From assembly GCF_001194135.2 (NCBI RefSeq), contig NC_068982.1:150752097-150816096 (forward strand): 64,000 nucleotides of DNA. The letters are read 5' to 3'. Source of the stretch: Octopus bimaculoides. Its lineage: Eukaryota. Each line of letters opens with the position of its first letter. Positions within the stretch are counted from its first letter, which is position 1. Shown here piece by piece: positions 25,799-37,365 of this stretch. The notes under the pieces were generated by a model that did no database searches, had not been told where the DNA came from, and saw nothing but the letters and a program-made list of their open reading frames with translations. The position numbers and the translations under genes were made by a program.

Positions 25799-25981
25799 CA
25801 TGTAAAACTGTGGTTCATACCACCAGTCTTTCCATGTCATTATACTTCGAGTGCATGACAATAAACCGTCTTTTTCCTGGCTTTCTGTTACAGCTGGTGT
25901 GGAGTACATTTTCTCTGGGGAGAAAGTATGAAATATAAAGGAGAAAAATACTCCAATTCCAGTCACTATAAATACAAGTAG
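25799..25981 (-). CDS. MFSD12: MFSD12-like coding exon 4 (TM6 and central cytosolic loop)
   Basis: LLVFIVTGIGVFFSFIFHTFSPEKMYSTPAVTESQEKDGLLSCTRSIMTWKDWWYEPQFYM; acceptor tattttcag|, donor ATG|gtatat; 183 nt; WKxWxxEPxFY motif. Confidence 0.94.
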
Positions 25982-26165
25982 CTGAAAATAAAGAAACATT
26001 GTAAATGGAAAATCTGTAAATAACAAATGTAAATGAGAGAAGGAAGTGAAGAGAATTTCTCTTTTATTGGTTCCAAATATTTAAGTCTTTTTTTTAAACT
26101 TGTATCTTGTAGCTAATGAAAATACAAATGCACTGTTATATTCACTTGTAATTACTTTGTATTAA

Positions 26166-26385
26166 CCCATTAGCATTCAAATTATTCTGTCAAGTGAAAT
26201 GCTTATTTATTCACATTGTTTTGAATTAATCAAGCACTGACTTGTAGCTTCAAAATTTTGATGATGTGGTTGTTTATTTTTAGAATGACATTGTAGGGTA
26301 TGTGTGAGATGTTGGATATGACCAGTTTGAACATAAAAGAGGCAGAATATTTTGGCCAGATATGGTCAGTTTAAATGCTAAAGGG
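26166..26385. mobile_element. piggyBac-type MITE
   Basis: TTAA-CCCATTAGCATT...AATGCTAAAGGG-TTAG. Confidence 0.75.
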
Positions 26386-27319
26386 TTAGTAATGATTTCT
26401 AACATAAGCACAAGACCATATATTTAGGAGTAGGGGAATTCAGTCCTAAACTGGTACTTCATTTGATGGAAGCTGTCAGGGTGTGTGACTAAGAGATAAC
26501 AAATCTCTGAACGTAAATGGAATGGTCCTATGGGTTTTTGATTGAATACTTCACAAGCTTATCTATTAATAAACAGATTGGTCCATTAAATGCTGCTGTA
26601 CTGTTCATAATTAGTAGCAGGGATTTCAAGGATTGGAGAGATGGGTTTTCATACCTTTCCCTCAGAGTATTATTAATTATAGTCAAAAGAAATAGTTATC
26701 ACCAGAAACTGGAAATGTCATAGCCTCAGCTCATTGGAGTTTTATTTCTATTCTGGAATGTAATTGAACAAAAATGTTTCACTTAACATCAACTGCTTCT
26801 GAAACTAAAATATGCTGGTATTGATTTTCACGTGAATATTTTAAAATCTTAATTCCTAGTTATCTCTGGGTCTTTGACATTAATCTCAGCTTGACACTGA
26901 CAAGTACATAGAATTATGTAAATTACTACATAACTAGATTTGTTGACTTTATAAGTGGATTTGTTTAGCCTCTGGTCAGCCCTATTCAAGCAAGCTACAA
27001 TCAAAGGTATTCCGAACATAAACACATCTATTTTCTTCAACACAAAGTATCTAGGATTACATTATCCAATATGTCCTTCAATTTTAAAACAGTAAAGTAT
27101 GATTTGATAGTGATTTTACTCTTATTTCTAGCAAGCTGAAAAGCCACATAGAGGATCCATCAGTGACTTACATTTGTAAGTCACTGATGGATCCTCTGGT
27201 AAGTTATATGATTTTGATGGTCTTTAAGGTGATGAACATATGATTGATGCTGATGAGGCCACTAACAATTGAAATAGTCTGTAACAAAGTAATGAGATTA
27301 AAAGAGAAATATGTCTTAC

Positions 27320-27428
27320 CTCAAACTTGCCACTATCTTTTCTTCCTAACTTCTCACCAACATTCATATTAAATATTATCCAAAATATAATATATACTGC
27401 TAAATTTGATAGCACTGTAAAAGCATAA
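27320..27428 (-). CDS. MFSD12: MFSD12-like coding exon 3
   Basis: (R)YAFTVLSNLAVYIIFWIIFNMNVGEKLGRKDSGKFE; acceptor tttttttcag|, donor GAG|gtaaga; 109 nt, phase 2 in, phase 0 out. Confidence 0.94.
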
Positions 27429-27969
27429 CTGAAAAAAAGGAAAAATTAAAAAAAACTTATAATGGTGACGAAAGAAGAGAAAAACATTGTCACACTTACA
27501 TCGACAACTTGATTACAAACACTGGCCTGAAATGTATCCAGGACCTCAAGACAGTGATTTTGGACCGAGAAGTGTAGTGGGTGGACTTTGTTGCTGTGGT
27601 CCAGGTTGGAACCCGGCCATAATAATGATAAATAATGTCAGTAGAATATGTATGTAGAGTGTCCTAATGAAGTAATTTTGGAATTTGGATTTAATCCATA
27701 ATTGAGTTATTTCATTCAAATTACATCTTTGGACTGCTCCAAATAACACAATGAAAGTTGACTTATTCAAGTCTGTGAATGACATTTTAGGTAAGTTTAT
27801 GTGTGCCTTGAAGTAAACTGAGTAATGAGGGACTGAAAATATCCGTTGGTATCTGATACGCTATTCTATTTATTCCCTTGTACTACTAGCCATTACTTTT
27901 TCTCCAGGCCACCCAACCTATACCAGAAAGAAAAGCAGATGTAAAAACAATGATGATGGGCTCTCTCTC

Positions 27970-28000
<31 letters not shown>

Positions 28001-29992
28001 TGTACATATGACAGGTTCCCACAGTTTCTATCAATCAAATTCCACTTAAAAGGCATTAATCAGTCTATGGCTACAGGTAGAAGACACTTGCTCAATATGA
28101 GATCAAATTTAGAACCATATGGTTACAGAGCAAACTATGTAACAACACAGCTATTTTTGCAACTATGTAAGGTCTCTTCCTTTTCTTATTTGAATTTATC
28201 GTATAAAAAAGGATTTGGTTTCTCTCTAACATAAGCAAAGTTAGAAAAACTACAATAGTGAAGAGTTACAGTTTTTTTAATGATCAAGTCAGAGAAGAAA
28301 GGGCAGTGCCCATGATAGCTTTTGAATGCCCCTGAAGCTGGAAGAAGAAAGCTCTATACAATGTTCATAATTTACTTCAAACACCACAGCTTTATTAAAA
28401 GTTGTTTAGTACATAACCACATTCTTATTTCAACCTCTTTCTTCATCAAATCATTGATGGTTAAACTTGATGTACTTGCAATGGTCTTGCAAGAAATGTT
28501 TGAGACAGTTGGTGTAGAGCTTATATATAATGTTCAGGCAAGTAATTTGCCAAGTAGCTCTTTTTGTTCTTGATCTGTTTATGCAATAGCAATTCTGTCT
28601 GGTATGTCATTTTCATCTTCATCATCTTTTTAAATTAACAAGTAGGGGGCTTTCTATTGAATATCAATTATTAGATCTCAGTCTGGTATCCTTCCTTTAT
28701 ACACCTTTGCCAGTTTTAATTAAACTTGATAGTGAATGATGAAGTTGATAAATTACTCTTTCCTAATTGTCTTTGATACAGAATGGATCATAATTGAAAT
28801 TCTGGCCATTCTATATTTTAAGCCAATATGTGAAGCACTTTAGGTATCTCTTAGGCATCAAATCAGAATGATAACAGCTGTATTCAGACAGGATTAATTC
28901 GCCACTGTCAAAGTCTGCAGTAATACTTGTCAAAGTCTGCAGTAACATTATCAATAACATTCAGTGCTCTCATTAAAAACCAGCTGTTCTTTAATGACTA
29001 TATAAAACTGGAAAAACTATCCTCAAATTACAGTTTTAAATAATCTCCGTAGTTTGTTTCCAAAGAATTTGTTTTATATATGCAAATAGTTTAAGTTTGA
29101 GAAGATTTTGTCCCACTAACTTGTCTCAGTAATAGAACTTAAACTTTTTATAGCGCCAGAACAATTCTTGATTTATTTGGAAAATGTCTATGTAGTCTCT
29201 TCAATACTTATGCTGTACTGTCAGGTACAAGGTCTGAACTAATGATTTTGTCCCATAGCAGAACAAAAACTACCAGCCAAAGACAGGATTTTTCTTTGCA
29301 TCTACTTTTGATACTGTAACAGCTTGAGTTCTTTAAACATTTTAAGTGCATTTTTTTTTTTACAGTTCTTTCAACTTTGCTTGTCATGATGATCAATAAA
29401 ATGGTTTAATTCATTAAAAAAAAAAAAATGCATATGAACATATACAAGGCAAACTGATTTACATATTGGTGCCAGCTGTTTTCTTTCCACAACAAAATTA
29501 TATTCAGTATAGAAATATTATGATCTTTGATTCTGTATTTTGTATTATAATTATAAATTTAACAGATGTCAACTAAGTATTGATATACAAATTAAATCAT
29601 CCACCATGAAGCTCAAATTTAAAGATGATACAGCAAGCAAAATGAAGATAAAATTCATTGGTTCCATCTCAAAACATATCAGTTAGATTATGTGCTATGT
29701 AATTGTTTTTTATTTCAACAAGTGATAAAGTTGCTGCTACACATTGGAACTGAATCTAGAACCATGTAGTCAGGAATTAAAGTTCTTACCACACAGCTAC
29801 ACATGTGCTGATGTATATTTTACAAATGTAAAATGTGGGTTCATATTTCTGAATTTCAAGACAAGGAATTATGCTGCCCATTAACATTATTTGCTTTATC
29901 TGTCCCAGATTCAATGCAATTAATTATATCACTGTTATTTGTGGTAAAAGAAATTTCAAAGGACATTATGAATGTTTTCACCATGAATTCAT

Positions 29993-32100
29993 CATTATCA
30001 TCATCATCATTTAATGTCCGCTTTCCATACTGGCATGAGTTGGATGGTTTGACTGAGGACTGGCAGGTAACACTGGCATTGACCAGGCTCAAATGGTGCT
30101 TTTTATGTGCCAGTCAGGCGACACCGGCATCGGCCACAGTCAAATGGTGCTGTTTACATGCCACTGGCACAGATGACAGTCAGGCGGCACTGGCATTAGC
30201 CACGCTTGAATGGTGCTTTTTACATGCCACTGGTATGTGATGAAATGTTTTTTGTACATCTTCAGTGCTTATTGCACCTGGGCATCTGCCACACCCTAAA
30301 ACTATCACCTTACTGACAGCATCCCAGTACATGGCTCGTACAACTCTCACCAACCACACATCTATCCCTAGTTTCCACACTGATCACCAGATAAGGGATT
30401 GGGGGACCCTGTCAAAGGCTTTCTCCATGTCATCAAAAGCCAAGTACAGGGGTTTATCTTTGACTAGGAATTTCTCTTGCAGCTGGCAGTTGACTATGGT
30501 ACTGCTACACCAGTCATTGGGTATGACTCCTTCCTGTATCACCTGGTTAACTATAGACTACACCGCCAGATATTTTAAGCATCTCAGCAGTGATTCCTGA
30601 TAGGCAGGAGGCTTTCCCTGTCTTCATACCCTTAATTGCTTTTTCTACCAAGGTACTGTCAATTTGAGTAGCTAGTCCCTCTGTTGGGTTGGCATTTGGC
30701 AGACTCTCTTTCTTCCATTCTTTCTCTTCATTTAGCAACTTTTCATAGAGGCATCTCTCTCTTTGCAGCATCATTAAATGCAAGTGAACTATCATCCATG
30801 CCAACACATTTCTCTCCTATGACATCACAATTTTCTCACACACACTGTCTTGCAATATGAAACACTTCAAGCCTCTGGTCCTCACAATGCAGAACATTGG
30901 CAATTTTTTTCTTATCTACTTCCCCTCTGGCTAAGTAAACTGGTCTTCTAGCTTCCCTTCTGGTGATCTGATACAGTTCCCTGCTACCACCACACTTCCA
31001 GTCCTTCCATACCCGTTTCTTTTCCCTAATGGCCCTGCCAACAACATTGTTCCACCACCATGTCACCTTAGGTCAAGAGGGGACTTTGCATCAGCCACAG
31101 ATCTTGTTAGTAGCCTTCAACAGGTTGTCCTGTAGGAACCTCCAGTTATCCTCCACATTGTGTGATGCTAAATCTTCCTCTTTTTCATCAAAAGCTTCAA
31201 GTAATACGTCTCTAAATCTCTGCCCATTCAGAGGATCCTTAAGCTTCCAGATCCTTCTTTTCCATGCTGGTCATCTTCTGGGCAGCCATTTAGCCCTGAT
31301 CCTGAAGTTGCTAACTATTAACCTATGTTGTAGGGTGCATTCTTCGCCTGGAAAAGTCTCTCATTTCCTGGCAAGAATGTAGTCAATCTGACTAGTGTAC
31401 CCACCAGACTGGTAGGTGAACAGGTGACTGGCAGGTTTCCTGAAGTGAGTATTACAGATCATAAGATCATTTGCATTACAGAACTCCAACAGCCTGCTTC
31501 TCTTTTCATTGCGGGAACCAAATCCATTTCCCCCATGTGCACCATGGAAGCTCCCTGAATGTTGTCCAACATGCTCGTTGAAGTTGCCAGCCACAAAGAG
31601 AAGGTCCTTGTCATTTGTTGAAGAGGTAGTCTGCAAAAGGGTGTCATAAAATCAGTCTTTCTATTCATCAGGTAGCCCTGGCTGAGGAGCACAGGCCGAG
31701 AGAATGGTTGCTAATCCATGTTGTAGCACTAGTCTAAGCTTAAGTATTCTATCACAGACTCTGACTACCTCGATTACTTTATTATCAAGGAGTATACCCA
31801 CACCCCCAACCCCATCAGTGTTCCCTACCCAGAAAATCTTATACCTATGTTCTTTGCCTGTGAGGAACCAAGCAGTACTTCCTCTCCATCTTACTTCTTG
31901 GATGCAGCACAAATCTACAAGTCTCTGTTCAAGCATCTCAACAATCTCACTAGACCTACCTTTCAATGTGCCAACTCTGAAGGTGTGGAAGGTGTGGGCT
32001 GGCAAGACCCTGGTATGGGGGACAGAAGCATTATGCATCTGAGAAGAAAGCTCGCATGTGTGATTGACAGATCTCGTAAACATACAAATAGGCTTCAACC
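29993..32100 (-). mobile_element. RTE-type LINE with APE endonuclease and partial RT, internally deleted
   Basis: VGTLKGRSSEIVEML...CCIQEVRWRG...GGVGILL...ACAPQPG, VAGNFNEHVG, SQIDYILARK, WWWNNVV, KAIKGMKTGKA, WKLGIDVWLVRVVRAMY; then jumps to the 3' UTR and GAT tail near 30240. Confidence 0.92.
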
Positions 32101-32579
32101 TGCATACACTTCACCATCATTATATTTGCTTTATAATCATCATCATCATCATCCCAAAAAAGTTTGCTTGCATGCTTTGAAGCTTATCAGAAAAATACCT
32201 CACACACAAGCTATTTTATGATGCTCATGGCATGTGATTCAGTAATTAATAATAAGTAGAAGCACTCCCCTGTTGTGATAAGGCTATCTCAAATTACAGG
32301 ATTTCGTACTTACAGGAACTGTAAAGTAGGACTACTAATTTCAGGATATAGTTTGTAATTTTGTTCTTACAGAAACTTTGATAAATTTTAAGTATTTAAA
32401 AGCTACACTTTCTTCTTAGCTAAATGGTTGCTTCTCTCTAAATTTAACTAAGATCAAAGTATAGTTCACAATTTGAAAAACTGTAATCCTGATACATACC
32501 CACACATATATATTGTGTGTGTGTGTGTGTGTGTGTGTGCACGCACATGCATGTGTGTGTGTGTGTGTGCACGCACATG

Positions 32580-32622
<43 letters not shown>

Positions 32623-32744
32623 GTATGCAAGTGTTTGTACATGCATTGCTATAAACACTTACTGAATGTAAGGTAGAATTTTTTACAGTGAATATTTATG
32701 TGTTTGTGTATATTTTCTTGGATCATGGTGAATATTTATCTTTC

Positions 32745-32910
32745 TTATTTCTTTACTGCCCACAAGGGGCTACACACAGAGGGGACAAAGAAGGACAGAC
32801 AAAGGGATTAAATCGATTATATCGACCCCAGTGTGTAACTGGTACTTAGTTAATCGACCCCGAAAGGATGAAAGGCAAAGTCGACCTCGGCGGAATTTGA
32901 ACTCAGAATA
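32745..32910 (-). mobile_element. SINE family A fragment
   Basis: Reverse complement of TTCTGAGTTCAAATTCCGCCGAGGTCGACTTTGCCTTTCATCCTTTCGGGGTCGAT, as in the 40500 and 45225 copies. Confidence 0.75.
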
Positions 32911-33229
32911 TTTATCTTTCTACCAACCTATTTATCTAAATCGACCTTCACCAGCACCACTGTCAATCATCATCACCAACACAACTAATATCAATACCCA
33001 AACCAATACAACCAACACCATTACCAACTCACCAATCCTTGACCAACAACAACAGTAGTCTGAACAATATAAGCAACTTCCTCTAAAATAACACTCATGA
33101 GATGTGGTATTCTTGTGTAGTTTAGATGCTGAATGAAATGTCTTTGATTTTAGTCTATGAAAATTGACTTGGAATTAAACAGTAAACAATACAATTAACT
33201 AGAACAGTATTCATGTATACAAAAGGCAT

Positions 33230-34060
33230 TGCTACATGGTAGTGAGAGGTAGGCTCTGAATGCAGAAGACATATGAAGGCTAGAAAGGAATGAAGCTAGT
33301 ATGCTCTACTAGATGTGTGATGTCAGTGTACATATGCGACAGAGCGCTAGTGTGTTGAGAGAAAAGTTAGGTATAAGAGGAATTAGATGCATTGTGCAAG
33401 AGAGAAGACTGTATTGGATTGGTTATGTGATGCATATCGATGTAGACAGTTGCATAAAGAAGTACTGATCACTTAAAATGGATGGAAGTAGTGGAAGATG
33501 GAGACCCAGGGAGACATGAGATGAAGTGCTGAAGGCCAATCTCTAAACATTGCACCTTATGAAGGAGATGACATAGGACTAAGATATCTGGCTCCTTGCA
33601 AAACTCAAGACCTGTTCACCACAGCAGAATTGATGCCAGAGCTAGTGCCATGTAAAAAGCACTATTATTGTTGCCTTGTGAAAAGCACTAGCGCTGGTGC
33701 CACATAAAAAGCACTTGTGCTGGTGCCATGTTAAAAGCACAGGTGCTGAATTCCATGTTAAAAGCACTGGGGCTGATGCCACATTAAAATCATTAGTGTT
33801 GGTGCCACATAATAAGCACTTGTGTTAGTGCCATGTTAAAAGCACTGGTGTTGGTGCCATGTTAAAAGCACTGGTGATAGTGTCACATGACAAGCACCCA
33901 GTACATTCTGTAAAGTGGTTGGCTTTAGGAAGGTCATCTAGCCATAGAAACCTTGCAAGAACAGACAAAAGAGCCTGATGCAGCCCACTGGCCTTACCAG
34001 CTCCAGTCAAACCATCAAAACCATGATGGCATGGAAAATGGACATTAAATGATGATAAAT
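33230..34060 (+). mobile_element. RTE LINE 3' end containing a 26-bp tandem array
   Basis: RLERNEASML...LREKLGIRGIRCIVQERRLYWIGYVM...GRWRPRET, then about 10 units of GCCATGTTAAAAGCACTGGTGTTGGT (33640-33900), shared UTR and GAT tail. Confidence 0.88.
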
Positions 34061-35452
34061 ATAATGATCACCACCAACAACAAACCTCCACTTATTACCA
34101 ACACTAAAACCAGTACAATCAACAGCATCACCACTACCAACTCAACAACTTTTGAATAAATAACTGCCAACAACAGTAATAATATCAGCATGATAGCAAT
34201 GCCTGTAGCTACATAAGTTGCATGTCAACACAACAGGATGCGCGTGTGTGTGTGTGAAAGAGAGTAGAGTGTGGGGTTTTTATGGTTCAAGTTTTGAGAC
34301 ACAATGCTTAAGTATAATGAGTTGGTAGAGGACATTGTTAGGACTGGTAGACTTGTTTCTTTAAAGTAATTAGTGGTATCTCCACACCTGGTACATGTGT
34401 ATGTGGAAGTGGAGGAATCTAGTGGAGTGGAATGGGGGGGGGGGTAAATTTGTGATTGACAGACCAAGAATATCTAGCGTGGAGTTGGATGCAAAGCTGC
34501 AGTAAAGGTGGAGACTTTCTACATGGGTTTAGGGTTTACAGAACTACCAGTGTTTAGCAGAGAAGAAAATAAGACCTCTGTAAAGTTGGTTGAGATTTGT
34601 TTTGGTAAGGAACCAAAAGAACTAGGTGCTGTTTGAGAAGCAAGAAAGCTTACAGGCTGTGTGAATTCTAACCCAGTTTCAAAGAGTGGATGAGATTTCC
34701 CAGGCTTGTAAGCCTTGATTTTGCTCAAACAGCAGCAGCAACAAGCCACTTGTGGGACTTGGGACACTGAAGTTTTGTTGCATGTGAGATGTGAAGGGAT
34801 ATGCCTAAATAGATAACATGTTTGATAATCTTTGTAAAATAATGGAACAGAATGGAAGTGTAAAATTTTTACATTTCTCTTTAATTGAGGGGACCTTTAG
34901 ATATTCAAGGGACCCTTCTTAGTTCAAACGGTCTCAATGTATCAGCTGGATCTTCCTCTCTTATAGGCTCTGATGAGTGGGTAGTATCAAGTATTGTGTG
35001 CATTGTAATGTTCGACACACAGAAACACACACAACTCACAAACTCAAGCATGTACACAAACACACACCCACACACAGGGTACAAGCACCAATGGGCAGCT
35101 GTAGCCATATGTACAAATGCCAGGAAAACAGAAACAAGAAGAATATTTCACAAAGGAAAATAAAATGTCTTTTACAGATATGAAACATTAAAATTATAAG
35201 GAAAGTAAAAATGGGGAGTAGTGATGTTGATACCTTTCTCTGAAGAGAAGTGACTAAATGGATCAACAACTTACTGTTGGACAATGTATAAATGTGTGTA
35301 TGCATAAATGTCTGTTTAAATGCGTGTATTAATGTATACTTATATGTATGTATATGTATACATACATTAATGTATACATACATGTATGTATATGCATCAT
35401 TTTCTTTGCAATCTGAAAAATTCTTGCTGCCAATATAAAAATAGAACCTTAC

Positions 35453-35660
35453 CGTATACTGTTCAGTGACACACGTTCATGTTTGTTTCTGGTCAATTCT
35501 GGGATGAGAGACAGATGGGAAATCTGAACATTTGCCCAACCAAATTGAAATACCAGGATGAAGGATATGTAGTATATTAGTTGTATGGAATCTGGCTCAT
35601 TTTCACAAGTAATGCAGGGATTGAAGATAAAAGGAAAGCTCAAAAGAACACAGAAAGTAC
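35453..35660 (-). CDS. MFSD12: MFSD12-like coding exon 2
   Basis: (G)[68 protein letters not shown](R); acceptor ttaatctag|, donor CG|gtaagg; 208 nt, phases fit both neighbours; [19 protein letters not shown] family motif. Confidence 0.96.
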
Positions 35661-36169
35661 CTAGATTAAGAGAAAAAACCAAAGTTTTAATAAATAAAGG
35701 CTTAACTTTAAGTTAAAAGAAATTGTGTTAATTTATGTTAATCTATTATTATAGCAATTATACCAACTATTATAACAGGTTAAAAGATGTGCTAATTATT
35801 GTGGTTAAAAGATGTGTTAATTATTGTAGTTTAAAGATGTGTTTGTTAAAATAACATTGGAAATTTTCATAAGGGTGACTTCTGCATAAAGTATATATAT
35901 AGCTAAGTGCAAGCTACTAAGAGTGAAAATATGTTTTAACCAATTGCAATTACAACTGAAGAAAAGTCATTGGTGTTAATAAAAATTCCTATAAAAAAGA
36001 ACAAAAGAGAAAACCCCTGACATTACAGTTAATAAAAGATTAAATGGACATATGTAGAGGACAAGTGAGTGAGGTTGGTATTTGGGAAGTATGGTGACAA
36101 TGTGAAACATGCTTTGGCCATATTAGATCTCAGAAAAACATAGTACACAACTATCAGACTATATACTCC

Positions 36170-36560
36170 TCCTCCTCCTCCTTTAACATCCATTTTTCAT
36201 GCTGGTATGGGTTGGATGATTTGGCCAGAACTGGCAAGCAAGGGAGCTACACCAGTTTCCAGCCTGATTTAGCTTGGCTTCTATGGCTGGATGCCCTTCC
36301 TAATGCCAGCTTACTTTACAGAGTGTGCTGGGTGCTTTTTGACATGGCATCTGCACAGGTGCTTTTACATAGCACCAGCATGGGTTCTATTATGTGGTGC
36401 TGGCACAGGTGCTTTTTATGTGGTTCTAGCACAGGGGTCTTGCAGACCAATCCTCTTCAGCAGGAGGGGTGGCATTAACACTTCTGCTGTGGAGGATAGG
36501 TCTTTTTGTGTACAGCAAGGTGCCAGATATCTTGGTCCTTTGTCACCTCTCTTAGTCCTT
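36170..36560 (-). mobile_element. RTE LINE 3' end, decayed
   Basis: TTTAACATCCATTTTTCATGCTGGTATGGGTTGG...CTGGATGCCCTTCCTAATGCC plus 4-5 degenerate GTGCTTTT units. Confidence 0.75.
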
Positions 36561-37214
36561 GAAGAATGTATAATTTTGGTGTGGAAAATTCACTGATTTG
36601 GCAATTAACAAAACAACATGAAGACATTTCCTAAAGGTGCATTCTCTATGGTAGCCTGCAATTAATTTTATATTCTACATGGAGAAAGCGTTCTTGAGAA
36701 TTTGAAAGAGAAAAGAGAAACAATAAAAGTCAGTTAATTTTTGTTTCAAATTGGTATTAGTAATGCCTAATATTATTTATTAAAAATAAAGATTCAGGAT
36801 TAATTTAAGCACAGAAGGTATCAATTAAAAAGTGCATTCAATTGGGATTTCCAGCTATAACCATTCGAGGATTTAGGAATTAAAACTGTTGGCCTCACTT
36901 CTATTTTAAAGCAGTATGGTGCTTGTTTGGGAAAATTTAATTTTAACACTGTGAAATTTAAGGGACTAGCTAGATTAAAGTTTTCTAGCTGGTATGTAAA
37001 GTTATTTTATACTGTTTGATAGAAATATGACTTTTTTTAGAGGCAGAGCATTTTTAACGATTTACACTTTAGTGGTTAACACGTTAACACTTGATCTTTT
37101 ATTCAGTAAAGAGTTAAATGAAGGTGAACATTTTAAATCTTAACAATTTGAAAGTATTTCTAAAACTTATGATAGGTTCTATAACATGCCCAACACTCTA
37201 GAGAATGCAGAGTG

Positions 37215-37365
37215 TTGCAGTCAGAGGCTGTGAAATGTGACCAGCAGAGGCTGTAAAATGTCACTAGAAGAGGCTGTGAAGCGTTGCTGGTAGAGACTGT
37301 TAGGGAGAATTGTCAATAGGGACTATGGGGCATCATTGACAGAAACTGTGAAGTACTGCTGAGAG
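37215..37365. repeat. Degenerate 23-bp minisatellite, about 6 units
   Basis: AGAGGCTGTGAAATGTGACCAGC / AGAGGCTGTAAAATGTCACTAGA / AGAGGCTGTGAAGCGTTGCTGGT and further decayed units. Confidence 0.65.

Noticed and set aside
33640-33900. CRISPR-like array of short palindromic repeats
   Set aside because: Linkers are about 8 nt and related to each other, there are no cas genes, and the array sits inside a eukaryotic LINE 3' UTR.
34519-35108. ORFs 34519-34767 and 34905-35108 as extra or alternative exons
   Set aside because: No MFS similarity; the best acceptor near 35100 gives a frame that stops quickly when joined to exon 2; no recognisable domain.
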